Assembly (NCBI GenBank): GCA_951406725.2
Contig: OX597815.1
Coordinates: 87,234,001 to 87,298,000 of the forward strand
Direction of reading: 5' to 3'
Source of the DNA: Octopus vulgaris
Taxonomy: Eukaryota
Length of the DNA stretch: 64,000 bases
Every line of letters starts with the position of its first letter. The first letter of the stretch is position 1. This document shows, piece after piece, positions 30,061-44,660 of the stretch. A program made the position numbers and the translations under genes. The notes beneath the pieces are model-generated. The model had not been told where the DNA came from, searched no databases, and was given only the letters and a program-made list of their open reading frames with translations.

Positions 30061-31159
30061 GAAGTAGGAGAGGGGATAGAAAGGCATAAATGTCATGTGT
30101 TTTGTAATTTTCAGTGCTAAATTCAAATCTTACCAACATGAGGGCTAGACCCTTTCATTATTACATACACTGGTACACTATATAAAAGACGAAACTTTCA
30201 GTGATGCCCCAATGAACTAAATGGATGAAGAAATTAATACTCTCCTCTACTCACCTTTTCTCTCTCACACACACACAAATAGATAATAATACATCATCTA
30301 AAATCATGTTCTGGCTCAGTATTGCTGCATTGAAATGTTTTGTTGAAAATGAGATCAATTAATGGAAAGTTTCAGATAAATTTACTGAAGCAAATCATTT
30401 TAATGGCATGAACAGCCTGTTAACTTTATAATATTAACCATTTCTGTAGCTAACCCAACAAGCTTGACTTTTGATAATCTACTTAAAAGAAAAAAAAATC
30501 TAACAAGCAAAGCCAGCCTAACCTTAGATTTACATAAAAGATAGAAATGTATCGTTTGAAGATACTCAATCAAAAGTAGATTTTAGAAAATAAAACTGGT
30601 TAAGGAAACCAGAGTTAAAAACATAATGAGTTTCCTAGTCATAACTATTCAGCAGTAAACTACTACAGTTCAGAAATACGTCTCCTGTCAAGTTGTGAGG
30701 TCTTTCATAATAAATGGACATAAATCAGTGTTGAGAGTGAGAAAAAGAGAAAGAACTTTTTTTCATTATTACTTTATGTCAGTAAGAACAAGAAAGCACA
30801 CAGCAGAATTTTGCCAAACATGATATCAGATATGATAACTGCAATACAGTTTATATTTACATGGTGTAATTTTCTACTGCTTCAAAACATACTGACCTCC
30901 AGCTTTTGACTGCATAACAACTCAGCCTCAGGCGTGAATCAAAGATAATTTGTTATTTGTTCTTGTTTTTACTTTCTTAGCTAGTTGTGGTTTGAATAGG
31001 CACTAGGGACAGTAGATGGAGATTTAACAAGAATAGGGCAAAAGACTCACATGTGCATGTGTGCATACATGTGTGTGTGTTTGTTAGCCCCTTCCTCCAG
31101 ATCAGCCAATAAATTTTTTTGAAATATTATCAATTATCATCATCATAATCATAACCTTT

Positions 31160-31990
31160 TCTCTGACACTGTGTTGTTAATCATTACAATCCTTTGTCAT
31201 TTCCTTAGTACAATACATCTTGCAATCAGTCTTCAACATTTTGTCCCATGTCCTCCTCTGTCTCCATCTTCAAGTTCCATTCACCTTCAGCATGCAGCTG
31301 TCCCCCTCCCTATACATCATATGTCTGTATAATCACAATTTCCTTTCTCACCTACTACAATAATTCCTCTCATAAACAGCTTTTTCTCTCAGCTTGTTGT
31401 ACTTCATTATTCATGCACACTAATTTTACTCATCAAGCAATGTATACTCCATTTCTTACTAGTCTTTGCAAATCTTCTGCAGTCAAGGCCCATGTTTCAC
31501 TTACCATGCAGCATTGCACTTTGCAAGAAATCATTGTACAATCTGTCTTTCACTCTGAGGGAGAAGCCCTTTGTTGTCAAATCATTCTTCAACCCTAGCT
31601 TCCATAGTAATCACCAGATCAGAAGGAAAGGCCCAATCAAAGCCCTTTTCCAGGTTGATGAATGCTACATGTAGGAGCTTACTCTGAGCTAAATAATTCA
31701 ACAGTTGTCTCTGGCCAGCTGCTTTCCCTGTTTTCATATCCTTACTTCCTCAATCTACCATACTGTTGTCAACTTGGATAGCTGGTTCCTCTTCTGGGCC
31801 TACATGAATAGGCTCTCACTCCCCCATACAATCTGCACATTCAACATCCTCTCATTGTAGCACATCCATGCCTCTTTCCTTTCTGACATCAGTAAGAGAA
31901 AGAATGCTATTATCATTCCACATACATCACCCCAACAACATATGGATTCTCTCTAACATAATGCCAAGCAATCTGGAACACTTCATTCTT
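31160..31990 (-). mobile_element. Degenerate RTE-like LINE fragments
   Basis: catgtttcacttaccatgcagcattgcac resembles 50065-50095, and atactgttgtcaact resembles 12231-12245. Confidence 0.5.
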
Positions 31991-32132
31991 TTGATCCTTT
32001 TATCATAGAATATGTGCAAAACCTTTGCAAAACTTGGGTAGGACCAATAATAAGAGTACTACTCTTACATCTAGGATGGTGCTGCTGCTACACACACAAT
32101 TGTCTTCCACTCAGGCACTTCAAATTTGCAAA

Positions 32133-32224
<92 letters not shown>

Positions 32225-34433
32225 TCCCTACAACCAGCCCCTTCAATCCTAGAATACCATAATTCTGGAATTTCTTCCACTGCAAACGTTTTTCCTGCTT
32301 AGCCCCTTCCTCCAGATCAGCCAATAAATTTTTTTTGAAATATTATCAATTATCATCATCATAATCATAACCTTTATTATTAGGGTATCATAAATAGGTG
32401 AGATAATAGTTCCTTATGACTTGCTACAATGAGTTCAAAGTATGTCAATATCTACTTCGCTTTCCATTTGTTCCTGGTCAAACCAAAATTACACCAGATT
32501 TCATCAACTGATGATACAGCTCCCCTTCAATATTGGCATTGAACCAAAGATGAGTTCTAATGACCAGAAATTATTATTATCAAAGTTTAAGGCAGTTGAA
32601 TGCTTAACTAAATGTTATACTTGTGTCTAGATGAGTGTACCAGAGTTCTATGCTCATGTTCGACTAATGTTGATTTGTTTGTCATCCTTCCAGAATAGAC
32701 ATACAATTTGCTTGAAGCTCCTATTAACTCCTATTATTAGGAATTTCAAATCGAAATTTCTGTACTGACCAGTAAAACCTATTATTTTTTATAATATTGT
32801 ATACCAGGTGGTTGGTGCAGAAATTTTAAAAGAGAGGAATTCATTCAGCTAATGCTGAAAATAACAAAATAACATCAGAAATCAACTAATACATTATTGG
32901 CTAAACACATCTGTGAAATAATATCAGGCTTCAGAAAACAATCTATTTCTATGTTAATGAGGAAAAGTGATAAAAATGGAAATGCAGGACAGACAGACAG
33001 GCAGGCACACAGCACATATTTGCACAGGTCACTCCAGACATACAACCATACGTGTATGTACACACATACAAACACACAATCTGATATCACTATAAAATGC
33101 TAAATCACACAAGTATATACACACATTAAAATGCAAACATAAAACTACACATACTGAATATATAGTCAATAACAAACAAAAAAGATATTTATTTAGTTGA
33201 AAAATCAATAAAAAAAAACTTTCATCTCCCCTTACATTGTTTGATGTCAGTAAACCCTACCACCCCATCACTTCACCCCTGCTCTTCACAACCCCTTCAC
33301 CAACCCATAAAACTTTTTCTCTGGTTTTATCTGACAGTAACCACACCCTAGATTATCAAGCAGCAGTAATAACACTAAAAAATAAAACCAAGCCTTTACA
33401 CTGCTAAAAACTACAATCAAATCTCCTTAATATCACATTCCCAGCTGTCTTGAAAGAGGAAGGACACATTTGATAATGACCCAAGATATACCATCTGAAT
33501 AGAAGGATGGAACATTCCTCATCATAGATTTTCTGGATCAGAGCTGACCTGTGGCTAAACAATAACAATGCTAACAATAACAGTAAGAACAAGTGTTAGA
33601 GAATTTTCCTGCCTGTTATCAGTACCAACAAAAGAAACAAGGAAAATACTGAAAATATTAAGATATATTTTGAGCTGAAATGTAAAAACAAAAAAGTAGT
33701 GGGTATATACTATTGTGTCTTGAGGGAGACTATCAAAATGGCTCACTAATCTTAGAAGGCTCTTAGCAACCATGGCTCATAACAACGACAAAACCACACA
33801 TGCAAAGCAGAATTGCTAGATGAATTGGTTTGTTTCTTATTGATTTCCCAATAAAATTAATAACTTGTTTTTTGATTGTTATTGACTATATTCGTCCATC
33901 TTGTATGTGTTTGATTTTTTTGTCTGCTAGAAGCTATGGGTAATCCATGACTTGGTTTAACCCCATCACTTAGTAGTGTCCACTCTGTTGCAAGTATTCA
34001 GACCTGAACTCTAGTCTGAAGATAACTAGATATCTTGATACGCTGCTTCCAACAGTACCTTCATTATGGTAGTGAAAGTGCTTGTACATACAAAAGTCAT
34101 TCCCAACCCCGCAGAAGCCTAAGCCTAGGGACTAGCATCTTTACATAGTTCTTTGAGAAGCTGCCATATCTGCAGGTGACTCCCAATTGCAGGCACCAGC
34201 TTTCAACTGTTACAAAAAGGTATTAAAGTAGTGATTAGCAGCAAACAATGTGTAGCCTTTTTGTCTTTCCTTCCCCTCCATTAGACTTGGAGGTCCTACA
34301 AAAGAGCATGAGATTGGATTTTCTCCATCAACTAAGCCATCATCAAAACAATCATAGCAATCACTACCACCAACAAAACTACAACAGTCACAGTAAACTA
34401 GATTATAAAAAATAAAAACTCAGAAAAACTTAC

Positions 34434-34567
34434 CTGAGAAAATGGTCATCTTTAACTTTGTTTTCTTCTCCCATTGCTATAACCTTCGAAGTGGTGCTTG
34501 TCACCATAACACCATCCTTGATAAATTTCCTGGTCTTAGTGATGGTTCTGTAATGGCTCTTAGTTTC
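34434..34567 (-). CDS. SLK: SLK exon preceding the C-terminal coiled-coil region
   Basis: ctgttgtag|GAA ACT...CTC AG|gtaagt. Translates ETKSHYRTITKTRKFIKDGVMVTSTTSKVIAMGEENKVKDDHFL(R), matching the conserved SLK/LOK motif KTRKF.vDGV.V..TTSK; 134 nt, phase 0 to 2. Confidence 0.93.
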
Positions 34568-36076
34568 CTACAACAGAAGTAAAATTATAATGATTACATC
34601 ATGCTAAAGAACAATCCATTGAATAATTAGTTCCAATAAAGGCTTCAGAAGGATACTAAATCAAACACGCCATTTTATCCAAGACATTAAGAACTCAACC
34701 ACAACAGATTAAAAACAAAAATAAAAGAGTAAAAATGTTTCATGAACAATAATATGGTACTGAAATAATGACTGAAATCTCAAGTGTTAAAATCCTGGCA
34801 TTGGCATTTGAATTGTGCTTTTGAATCAATCCAGTTGAATTTAATTACCAATCCTTTCTAATAATTGAAATTTTTTTTAAAAAGTATCCAGTTTCTTATT
34901 TTTGTTGGATAAATTAAGATGAGTATCTCTATTTCAAAACCCTTTAAAGGGATGCATAGCAATTTAAAAAACAACTACCTCTAAAATAGTTTTATGAAAT
35001 AAAATTTAAATTCTGGAAATTTTTATTTCCATTATTTTAGCTGCAGAAAGCTTTTTTTGTCTTCAAAAAAAGTATTCAATAATGAATTAAAAAAAATTCT
35101 CATTTTGTTAGTAGTTAATTATTTGATGTTAAGTGATAAAAGACACAAGAAATCTCTTCTCCTACTTAACCCAACCCTACAGCATGTTTGCAATGCCTAA
35201 ATGTCTTAGAAAAGTTACTGTTATTACAAATATTTTTCAGACTATTACGATCACATTAGATATGAAAAATGCTTTCATGGGAAGTCTCTAAAGATTAGAG
35301 GAACATGAGAAAAGCCTTGGCAAGAGGAGAAATATTTCAGTGAAGAATAATTGAAAACATATGATGCAAAAAACAAAACTGGAAACACACTATAACTGAA
35401 TGAAATTTCCATAATTAAAAATTAATTATGGAGAAAACTTAAGAAAAAAAAATTGAAGAAATAATAGGTGTAAAGCTACTGTTACTGTAATCAGAAACCA
35501 AGGTATGACTTAAGCTCAATAAGTGAAAAATGAATCTAAATAACCTAGAAATGACTCATTAATTGCCAATGTGTCAGTGGCCTAATGGATGGGAATGTTA
35601 TTACTCTTAGTTTAGAAATAAATGTTCTGAATTGAAATTTAGCCTAGTACTATGTACAATCCAGAAATAAGATGTCTAATGATGATCAGAGATCAAACTG
35701 ATCGAAATTTTGTTCAGATACTAAACTGTTTTTCGTCTGTAGAGATGAGGTTAGTAGTAGTCCAACAAATCAAAATCATGTATGTAAATGCAAATTTACA
35801 TGCTTGTTTGTGATGGCTATATGTAAGTCACTATAAACAAACAAGAACGTGTGTTGAGCATCAAAATACAAATTTAAAAAAAGAACCATAATGCAATTGC
35901 CTTTTCTCGTGGTCAATTCCCAATTTATATGATCTCATTTCCTGTCCATATTTAAACTCACTACTTCCTGTGACCTAGAAACTGTGCCAAATCAAAATTC
36001 TCCTCATCTTTATTATAAACATAGATAATTCATTTAGATTCAATCTGCTGACCAAATTCCCACAATACATCTAGAA

Positions 36077-36485
36077 TGTGGTTCATTTCCCTGTAACCAC
36101 TGTGAAAAAAATGTCATGTAACCCACTGAAATATTGGCACAACACTGAAAACATCATTTTCTTTTAGTGCAACAGACAGAACCTCACCAAACTTAATGGC
36201 TTCAGCCAATTTCATAGGAATGAAACTTATGAATTTAAGGGATAGCAACATCATCATCATCATCGTTTAACGTCCGCTTTCCATGCTGACGTTAAACGAT
36301 GATGATGATGATGTTGCTATCCCTTAAATTCATAAGTTTCATTCCTATGAAATTGGCTGAAGCCATTAAGTTTGGTGAGGTTCTGTCTGTTGCACTAAAA
36401 GAAAATGATGTTTTCAGTGTTGTGCCAATATTTCAGTGGGTTACATGACATTTTTTTCACAGTGGTTACAGGGAAATGAACCACA
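36077..36485. repeat. Perfect long inverted repeat (198-bp arms, 13-nt loop)
   Basis: 36077-36274 is the reverse complement of 36288-36485, with loop cgctttccatgct. No mismatch seen on manual reading. Confidence 0.95.
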
Positions 36486-37955
36486 AAAGATTGATAATAC
36501 AAATGAAGTTACACAGCTCCAGCCAGGAATTGAAACTGGTTTGTAAACTCAGTTCACTGAGAATTACTTTGACTTTACAATCCTTTGTAAATACTGCAAT
36601 TCCTTCACATTTTCAAACTTCACATTTATCGTATATCTATGTATTTCTTATACAATACACTGTGAACTGAATATCATAATTTTTATTACAAATGTTTGTT
36701 CAGGGAGAAAAGGGTAAAATATAATTGCGACCTTTTATTATTCTAATATTTTTGTTTCAGTATGAGCAAGTGTTAATTCATTATGAAAATAAATTGCTTT
36801 GTTGATAGTTAATCATTTCAAACTTGAAACAAAATTTAATTAGAACAATTAAGAAACAAAATATTTACAGATCATTATATAAGGATGTTTAGTACATATT
36901 AAGATCAGGAATTAAGTTAGAAAGACATTTTCTTTGAGACTGAGCTTTATGAAAATGCTTTAGATGTTGAGGAAAAGAAACTTATAGATATATGAATACA
37001 ATTTCAAACAGCACTTATGTTTTCATAAACACAGCTGTTCTCTGATCAACTTCCTAGAATATCGATTTTTATTAACTCTGGTAAAATATTTCTATGTAGA
37101 GAGAAGTTATCAATTAACCTTTCTTTCTATATTCTTCATATTACACACCATCTACTCACTCTCCACTAACCTGACCCAACCCACACTTGCAAAACCAATC
37201 TAACTGAAAAATTGCAATGAAATCAATGGAAATATTTTTGGGGTCAGTGAAAAGCTATGCAAAGGTCAGCAGGAAGCTGTTGGCAGCAGAAGCCAAAATA
37301 AAATTAAAATATAGCCTCAGAGTATTATCATGAGTAATAGAATGATGCTTTGTCTTTCTAATGAGTTGGAAACAGAAAAATATACACAATAGCTAACATG
37401 AGAAGAGAAAGAGATATACACAGGAGAAGGGGGGAAAATCAATATAATTGCAATAGATTAAAATACCATTATATACTTGCTGATAATTGATAAAATACAA
37501 TAAAACTTGGAGCTTGGTTGAATGGAACAAACAATATCAACAATAATATGAAAAGAACAGTAGTAGTAGTAGTAGTAGTAGTAGTTAGGGTAATAATAAC
37601 AGTAGTGGTAATATGGGAGCAAGGTATTGAACAAATATGATTATTAAAGTGAATTTAGTGGACAGTGTACTCTTGTAATTTCAACAATTAGAGATGTTAT
37701 TACATAAAGAATTGAAAATAATAATAAAAGCAATAACAACAACAGCAGATACAATAATAATAACAACCAAAAAACAAACAATTCCAGGTCATCGGGTTTC
37801 ATTTTTGCAGACTGGTTGTATCTATTGACATAAGTAAACTAATATTCAAGCATCTTAATGTTTACTTGCTGTTGAGGTTTCAAAAATATATTGCTTAAAA
37901 TGGCTTTAGGCTGCATCACAGACTATGGTTAACACTATACCACAATTACAACAAG

Positions 37956-38008
<53 letters not shown>

Positions 38009-39634
38009 TCAGTTTTACTGAAATATAACACTGCTTGCTATCATATAGAGAACTTCTCTGAAAAGCAATTCAATCTATTTTGCAATCGCATAGCCTAACC
38101 AAACACTGACAGTAATTTAACTCCTCCATAACAACAATAATGAAAACTGAAACTACTAAAACTAAGAATACTATTACAAGAGTGAAAAGTTCCTAATTCC
38201 TAATGATTGTTAAAGATTCTTAGGAACTAAAGCCCACTCAGTTGCTAGTTCACTTCAATGCTTAGCAGGATCGTCTTCATTATAATTATAACCATCTACA
38301 CCATTATTATTACTATCATCACCATTATTATCAACATGAGTTTAACATAAGCCACTTAGGGAGCCTCTACATAATTACACAGCCTGTTATGAAAAGCAAC
38401 CAAATTGCATCTTAGCATCTTAGAAAAGAAAGAACACATTATAGAAGTAGATACTGCTATGCCTGAAAAAAAATCTAGACGGTCAAGGTTGGAATGCATA
38501 TGATTGTAGGTTTGAAACCATCCTGGGGCTAGACAACAACAGGAATTAAATTAAGAATTTAGCAATTTCTTTCTTCTCATTCTTACTTGAGGAAAGAGAT
38601 TGCCAAAATGTTTTCTATCATTCTGTAACTTTTGTTTATTCATATTCCAAATCACTGAAGACTGTACATCATCATTCTCAACTAGTTTTTGAGAAAGGTA
38701 TTGATAAAGATGCTGAAGATGATGGTGAAAGCATAAGTGATAATCATGATAACAGTGTTAACAATGATCATGTTGATGAAAGTTTAAAAGCAGATAATCT
38801 AACTGCAACATGGTTTTTTTTTGGGGGAGGGGTTACTTTTAGAACAATAAAGAATTATGATAATGAGCTACATGCCAAAATCTAACAACACCTACTGAAT
38901 TGCACTGTATCTTTGCACTAAAAAGAGTATTCTTCAAAGAATGGGAAGTTAATGATGGCATTCAGTTGATGATAGCATGAAATTACAATGGCTCGGTGTT
39001 ATGATTCTAATAAAGGTAAAGATGATGATGACATTAAAGATAATAATGAGATACAAAATGTCAGAAAACATCATGATTATGACGATGCTGAAAATCTTGA
39101 TGACAATGGTCATCATCATTTTCCATGTAAGCATCATCATGGTTTGATTCAATTCTTATTTCTAGCTACAGCTCACTTTGATGGACTGGTAGACTATGTC
39201 TCACACATACATTCCACTTTTGGCGTGGTTTCTATAGCTAGGTGCCCATCCTGACATTAACCACTTTAGAAAGTATACTGGGTACATTCTATCAAGGTAT
39301 CAACACTAGAAGAGCTGTCATACTCTCTATACAACTAAAGTGTCCTCTCCAGAACATCAAAACCCTTCAATTGAAAAAGAATTACAACACAACCATGCTT
39401 GCATGTGCGCACACACGCACACGCAAACACACACACACCACATACATATACATCTCCAACAGTACCTCCCAAAACTAGAACCCACTAAGTTTTGTCCTAG
39501 CCTAATAAGATCATCCGAGAAGGCACTCAAGCAATATCAATATATGTAATCACCATAAACCATGAACCCAAAAACATGTTCGACCTTACATGTATGAAGA
39601 ACAACTCAGAATAATGAGATCCCAAGATATAAAT

Positions 39635-39829
39635 CAGTGCTCTACAACCAGTAAGCTGTGCCATGAGATGACACTTGGTGTGCCACAAGATGATGCTAGG
39701 TGTGCTGCAGTGTAACCTAAATATAATTTTTTTCCTTGTACTTTTAGATATATTTTTAGTGCAGGTGTGCCGCTGAATTTAAAAAGGAATATAAGTGTAC
39801 TGCAAGTGGAAAAAGGCTGTGGAGCACTT
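39635..39829. mobile_element. hAT-type MITE
   Basis: TIRs cagtgctc.../...ggagcactt with a near-perfect 8-bp TSD (atataaat/gtataaat). Related to 41837-41999. Confidence 0.7.
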
Positions 39830-40286
39830 GTATAAATGATACACAAACAAGGATATCAAACACACATTCCCAAGAAAGTAACATAGATGGAGGATGCAGA
39901 TTAGAAGTACAAGACTGAGAAAAAGTGAGAGGTAAAATAAACATGTGAGAGAGCATAGGAGATGGAAAGTCAGGTGGGGTAATACGAATTCCATGTAAAG
40001 AAAGAGAGAGGTGATGGACGAAAAGTAAAAATATGTAGCAGAGTTTGTGATGACACTACATTTTCATTTATGTCATTCTCGTCTGTCTTTTTGAATAATT
40101 TTTGAAATCCATTTCAATGAATAAAATAATTACGCAAGCAACTGAAAATCTGTCTATTCCAAGACTGTAAATTCACTGCACAAATGCAGATATCAATTTC
40201 ATTTTATCAAAAGATTTGTAATAAACTTTTAAAGGTTTTCTCTTTGTGCATGTACAAGGGATTTATTTATGTAAAAATGTGCACGA

Positions 40287-40395
<109 letters not shown>

Positions 40396-40429
40396 TGTTT
40401 AAAGTAAGTTAGTTGATATCTAAAGATGC

Positions 40430-41830
40430 AGTGAAGCCCCTAATATCTAAAATCGGATTTATCAGCTATGGAATGAAGGAGCAGAGATTCTGAAGAAGTG
40501 GATAGATGAGCAGCAAGAGCAAAGTACATCAGATGTGATAGTGTGAGATAGCAGACACAATAGTAGAAAGAAGAATTCAAGATGCTTGAAGTCAGTGTGT
40601 TGGACAATCTAAAGAGACACTTGAGGAAACTCAGATGAGAAGACAGCAAGATGGAGAGAAGCACATAAGATGATTAGAAACAGTTATTATTGAAGAAAGA
40701 AAGAGAATAAGAGCACAAAGTACAGAACAAGCAACCAGAATGTAAAATAAAACTGAAGAACAAAGAGGAATAAAAATAGAAAGAAGGTAAATAATAGTAG
40801 TAAGATTTGCTAGAGTCAAGAATAAAGAAACTGAAGATCTCAGACAAAGGGCTTCTACAAGATTAGAAAATAGATCTGAAGAACAAAGAGAAAGAATAGA
40901 TGACTTAAGGCAAGTAGCTGCAACAAGATGAGAAGATGAAACTCAATAACAAAAAGATGCACATTGGGAAAATAAAAGGACAACAATTATTGTGGGAATA
41001 TAAAATGGAACAGATCGTAGAAATATTGGGAGATATTGTAATGCTAAGAACATGAAACAAGCATGACATGACAAATACAATAATACATAAATAATTTAAT
41101 ATTTTCTCAAACATTATTCAAGACATCATTCCTGTGGAGAATTTTATGAATATATCAATTTTGTGGACAAAGTACTTTCTTTCTGAGAAATCCAGCAATG
41201 GTTTATTTTTATAACTGCTGCCATAAAGGTAAAGTTAAGATTCATCGGCAGCAATGCTTCTTAGAATATCTAAATCATGTTATGAGATAACCAGATCATC
41301 TTCAGCATTCCAATTTTAAAACAACTAAACCATACTATTTGACACTTTAATTTGTCTGTATCGTGGCTAAAATAACTGAATTACAGGTTTGAGAATATTT
41401 TACATTTTAGAGTGCATGGGACAATTTACCATCATTTTAGATGGCACAGGCCTCTATTATTACACTCTATTATATACACTCAAGAGGAAGTGAAAGACAA
41501 TTTTCTCACCTCTATATTGTTGATTCAACAATGACTAATGAAATGGGATTTCATCACTAAGTCTAAAATTGGATGTATCCCTGAAATTAGGGCCACTCTA
41601 GACACAATTATGAGAAAAAGAAATGTTTATGCAATGACAGACAAAATGATATGAAAAATAGAAGAGGTGGAGCATGCACAGAGGAAAATAGACAAACCGA
41701 AACAGTAAGTATAATGTTTACACAAGCTTGCTTTGTTGATAGAAAATCATGTAATTTATCAATAATGGATAGAGTGGCAAAGGTATTCAGTTATGCAGAT
41801 TTCTATCTTTAACCAAGAAAGACAGATGGA
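40430..41830 (+). mobile_element. Degenerate Helitron-like RepHel N-terminal fossil
   Basis: Charged EETQMRRQQD/SEEQRE repeats, then HIGK...YCGNIKW (about 40960-41010), TFRVHGTIYH (41402-41431) and LDTIMRKRNVYA (about 41598-41633), in the order expected for Helitron N-termini. Confidence 0.5.
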
Positions 41831-41836
41831 CTATAT

Positions 41837-41999
41837 CGGTGCTCAGCAACTGGCATGCCACGGCACACTGGTGTGCCATGAGACGATGCTAAGTGTGTTT
41901 AGTTATATACTTTTAGTTATATTTTTAGTTCACATGTGCTACCAAAGTTTGAAAAGAATATAAGTATTACAACAGGTGAAAAAATGTTGCGGAGCACTG
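41837..41999. mobile_element. hAT-type MITE
   Basis: TIRs cggtgctc.gcaac / gttgcggagcactg with a perfect 8-bp TSD gactatat on both sides. Confidence 0.8.
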
Positions 42000-42599
42000 G
42001 ACTATATTAATTCAATAGTGCATTCTTACTTACCTACATTTTACATAAAGTTAAGGAAAGTATCAAATAGAGAAAAATATGAGGGAAGAGGAAGTGTGCA
42101 TGAGATAGAGCGATACAGATACATATTATTACTATATTACTGATATGTTTTTTAGAGAATCTACAGCTCAATGTGCCAGTTCATTCAATGGGACTGTGGG
42201 TTCAAGGCCAGCCATATGAACATTTCTCTAATATGAAAATAAGGATGTAACACAACATATCAAAATTTGCTAAATCATTAGCAACATAGTTGTACAGTAA
42301 TAGAATAATGTTTTGGATAAATCATATTTTTGATTTCATTCCATAGTGTGATGCTTTGCTGGCATTTTATTTGTAACTTCCTGTCTTGTTTGTCATTATG
42401 TAACTCTTTCTATATAATGTGAGAGATCTAGTATGTCAGAATACTTAGGGGAAGAGTTAAGAGGAGGACAGTTTTAACTGTAGATGATAGACTAGAACAT
42501 GAATGTGATGACAGTATAACAAAAACAGAGTAAGACTTGGGAATGGAGGAAGCAACAATGCCAACAATAAGAATAGATGGTGATGACAACAGTACTGCA

Positions 42600-43740
42600 T
42601 CAACTTCAGATATTCAAACAAAAGAGGGGAAAAAAGGAATAGATGTCGGGTCATGATTGAAATGGAGCATATTTTGTCTATGAGGATGGAAGACTGTAAC
42701 CAAAAATGAGTTCCTTAAGTGTGATGATTGTTAATGATAGCTTTAAGCATCTCTAGATCTAAACTGAAGAAACTTTTACTGCTAGTTTTGGTCAAATAGT
42801 AATTTACAATGTCCATATAACAAGTAAGGCAGCAAATGCAGATAAAAGTGCAGCCAAAAATTGTCCTGCTGTTTTGAAAACATAATCAACAAGAAATAAA
42901 TATGATGAAACAGGCTTACTCTGGAAAAATGCTTTCAAAATAAACATTTTGTTGAAGAAATCAAAAGATCAATAAGAACTTCTAAGAGGAAATTCTGACA
43001 GTCACTTTAAACTAAAACCCATTTTTCAGTAACACACAGAGAATCCCAGGTTTGTTAACAGCTACAACCAATAATCTTCAGAAATATTTTGGCATTCTAA
43101 CAAAGCAATTTTTGAAGATGGGTTTTCAACTTATTTTTGCCCCACAGAAGAAAAGTACTACAAAATAACTGATCTTACTTTGAAAGTTTTTTTTTTAATT
43201 TTAGACAATGCCCTAGACATCTACCTGCACTTAGTGACTTAGACAAAGGTATGAAAGTCTTATTTTTGCCTTTCTACTGGCTATGGCCCAAGGGGTAATT
43301 GCTACTTTTAAGGTTTATTTTACTTCACTGCACTAACAATTTTGCTAAACTTCCTCAACCAGAAGTAATTATTGAACAACTAACTAACTTTGGAAGAAAG
43401 CAGTTTTGATGGAATAGACAATAGATGTTTGGGATTTAGTTCAATCATGCTTAAAGAATTAAGTTGGTCATGACCTTCTTAATTTGGATCAATAGTATGC
43501 AAACAAAGAAGTGGAAAATCAAGCTTACAAAAATGAACAACAAATAAAGAAAATGACCATAAAAGAATTAGATAGGATTTTCTCAAATATAAAAAATTCA
43601 AGCAATTAATAACATTCAATGAAGCATTCAAGATCGGTGAATCTTGGCCCAATAATTTCACAGATACAGGCATATGGACACAGAGATAAAGAAAATATAA
43701 GATAAATATGCAGTTCAAATGATTTTGATTGAATATGTAT
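42600..43740 (+). mobile_element. Degenerate Tigger/pogo DDE transposase fossil
   Basis: YDETGLLWK (42901), LDNA (43201) and MAQGVIATFKVY (about 43283), corresponding to DETG / DNAPGH / PMDQG motifs. Confidence 0.75.
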
Positions 43741-43859
43741 CACTCAAAGAAATAAATTCATTGAAAATTATTTTGTTTCCCCCATTTTTTATGCACTCTA
43801 AAGTAAAGCATCATTTCATTTCAAATACACTATTGAATAGTTAACATATTTTTTCTTTT

Positions 43860-44297
43860 ATTTTTTTACTTGTTTCAATCTTAAGATTAGGCTATTGCCA
43901 TGCTGGGGCACCACTTTGAAGAATTTTTAGTCAAATGAATCAACCCCAGGACTCTTATTTATTATTTTTTTTTTTTTTGTAAACCTGGTATTTATTCCAT
44001 TGATCTCTCTTGCCAAACTGCTAAGTTGCAAAGTCATAAGCACACCACCACCAGCCATCAAGTGGTGGTGGGGAACAAACATAGACACAAAGACACACAC
44101 TTGCATAATATATATGCATATTGTGTGTGTGTGTGTGTGTGTGTGTGTATAGATGACAAGCTTCTTCCAGTTTCCATCTACCAAATCCACTCACAAGGAT
44201 TTGGTCAGCCCAAGGCTACAATAGAAGATACTTGCCCAAGGTGTCATGCAGTGGGACTGAACCAAACAAGCTTCTTACCACACAGCCATGCCTGTGC
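43860..44297 (-). mobile_element. Family A SINE
   Basis: Reverse complement of 10959-11351 with an internal (TG)n tract; ends cttcttaccacacagccatgcct. Confidence 0.85.
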
Positions 44298-44660
44298 CAC
44301 ACTATTACTAAGTCAATTTGAAGGAGTACGTTAAAAAAATTACATCAACCAAGTAAGTTCTTGAACTAATTAGTGCTTTTCTTAATTACAATATTCAATT
44401 AACACAGAATTTTCATGGAAGGAATTAACTAAAAGTAGTAGTAGAAATGGTCCCAAGAAAAACCTGAAACACTGCTACAGATTCTACACATTGAGAACTT
44501 ATTGCTAACAACAGAAAATTGTCTTTTATTAAATAGACATGAAGTATGACATTTCTTTTCTCAAGAGAAATAGAAAGTTTGATAATAATTTCTTTCCCTG
44601 AGATAGGGAAAATAGTGGTAATCAAGACTGAATTGATTCTAGTGTATTACTGATATTTAA

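Noticed and set aside
42026-42055. Second AG|GTAAGT juxtaposition (aaaatgtag|gtaagt) on the minus strand
   Set aside because: No pyrimidine tract before the AG, so probably a chance match.
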